Positions 62,101-64,000 of a DNA stretch of 64,000 nt are shown one piece after another. The position numbers and the translations under genes are program-made. The notes beneath the pieces were generated by a model. That model was not told where the DNA came from. It saw only the letters and a program-made list of their open reading frames with translations, and did no database searches. The stretch is taken from positions 24,353,175-24,417,174 of the forward strand of contig NC_092677.1 of the NCBI RefSeq assembly GCF_964355755.1. The letters run 5' to 3'. The number at the start of each line of letters is the position of its first letter. Positions within the stretch are counted from its first letter, which is position 1. Source of the DNA: Antedon mediterranea (Eukaryota; Animalia; Echinodermata).

Positions 62101-64000
62101 ATACATAACATCATTGGAATAAAAAGAACAAATCACATATCTACACATAATCATAACATCGTATACTCTATCTCTAACAATTTATTCAATCTTCTATCGA
62201 CTAAAGCCGAAGTATAGTCGTTATCTCGGGACCGTTCTATGGCCACCACCAGGTAGGCTTACTTCATTAAGGCTTCTATGAATGGATGTACTGGTTGGGA
62301 GCAGGAACGCTAGTAGACCAAACCCAGTACCGCTTTGATTACGATCAATCGGGAAATTACCTCATGACGATATATAGGCCTAGGTGCCGACATAGGACTC
62401 TAGCAGGAATGTACTTTCTAGTCATTTCTCACATTCAAAATCTACACTTTTGCACTAACAAACTTTTCCTATTTCTACATCCTAAACTGCTTTTTTATTT
62501 TTCTACCATCATACCTTCTATATTTTCATCCTTTATCTATTATACGATATAAACAGCATTACACGCATACATCGTAACGCGAGCATTTCATTCTATACGC
62601 ATACGCACTTTTATCGAACATAATTTAAACCAAACCAAATCATACATACAACGATAAGACATCAACCGATTCAGTTCAAAACCAGTTTAAGGTAAACATT
62701 TTAAATTAAAATTAATTTATGTTTCTATCCACTCTACCATTTTCATATAAAGATATTGTGGAACCACGTCAGGTCAAGTTCAATATTGAATATCGAAACG
62801 TGGCAGGCTGAAGGCGCTTGACCTTTGACAAGATCGCCTAAATTTTTAATATATTAACTTTACAATACTTAGTGTTGTATATTCTGGTACAGCCGCTCCA
62901 TAATCTCTTTGCTTTTCTTCCTTATATCTATATTTTTTAATTTATACTAACAAATATCTTTTTTATTAATATAATAATAATAATATATCAAAAATTTATT
63001 AAATAATATTCATCGCATAATATGCAATCTACGATAATTTAATTAATTGATATAACAAATTTATTAAATACATAACATCATTGGAATAAAAAGAACAAAT
63101 CACATATCTACACATAATCATAACATCGTATACTCTATCTCTAACAATTTATTCAATCTTCTATCGACTAAAGCCGAAGTATAGTCGTTATCTCGGGACC
63201 GTTCTATGGCCACCACCAGGTAGGCTTACTTCATTAAGGCTTCTATGAATGGATGTACTGGTTGGGAGCAGGAACGCTAGTAGACCAAACCCAGTACCGC
63301 TTTGATTACGATCAATCGGGAAATTACCTCATGACGAAGTATAGTCGTTATCTCGGGACCGTTCTATGGCCACCACCAGGTAGGCTTACTTCATTAAGGC
63401 TTCTATGAATGGATGTACTGGTTGGGAGCAGGAACGCTAGTAGACCAAACCCAGTACCGCTTTGATTACGATCAATCGGGAAATTACCTCATGACTTTCT
63501 AGTCATTTCTCACATTCAAAATCTACACTTTTGCACTAACAAACTTTTCCTATTTCTACATCCTAAACTGCTTTTTTATTTTTCTACCATCATACCTTCT
63601 ATATTTTCTTTCTTTATCTATTATACGATATAAACAGCATTACACGCGTACATCGTAACGCGAGCATTTCATTCTATACGCATACGCACTTTTATCGAAC
63701 ATAATTTAAACCAAACCAAATCATACATACAACGATAAGACATCAACCGATTCAGTTCAAAACCAGTTTAAGGTAAACATTTTAAATTTAAATTAATTTA
63801 TGTTTCTATCCACTCTACCATTTTCATATAAAGATATTGTGGAACCACGTCAGGTCAAGTTCAATATTGAATATCGAAACGTGGCAGGCTGAAGGCGCTT
63901 GACCTTTGACAAGATCGCCTAAATTTTTATATATTAACTTTACAATACTTAGTGTTGTATATTCTGGTACAGCCGCTCCATAATCTCTTGGCTTTTCTTC
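59184..64000. repeat. Tandem array of ~967-971 bp units: ~1.8 units in one orientation (59184-60962), then >=3 units inverted (60968-64000)
   Basis: The same 88-aa ORF occurs at 59971..60237(-), 61319..61585(+) and 62286..62552(+); periods are 971 and 967; inversion junction GGATGATGATG|AATCTC. Confidence 0.95.

Noticed and set aside
59971-62552. 88-aa ORF MYWLGAGTLV... present three times
   Set aside because: Identity reflects the tandem repeat; no domain is recognisable and the unit at ~63250 disrupts it.

Overview
AT-rich, intron-containing animal DNA, probably a marine invertebrate such as an echinoderm (inferred from repeat types, not proven). 1-21 kb holds a spliced cytochrome b5 gene with no membrane anchor (+, 2489-5871), an 8-coding-exon MPPE1/PGAP5 gene (-, 17692-9200), and many MITEs, SINEs and two Penelope-type hammerhead-like motifs. 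21-59 kb holds three tandem ~12-14 kb copies of a leucine-rich-repeat GPCR (LGR; RXFP/GRL101-like hinge and 7TM, no LDLa module seen). Its ectodomain is built from 9, 11 and 7 repeated exon+intron cassettes. Each cassette is a 72-nt phase-2 exon encoding one 24-aa LRR, nearly invariant except at the predicted ligand-contacting beta-strand codons next to the splice junctions. This resembles a VLR-like, recombination-diversified receptor. Copy 1 appears intact, copy 2 has a damaged exon 2, and copy 3 has a premature stop. 59.2-64 kb is a ~970-bp tandem repeat array with an inversion point. All exon models were read by eye, with no database search or transcript evidence.
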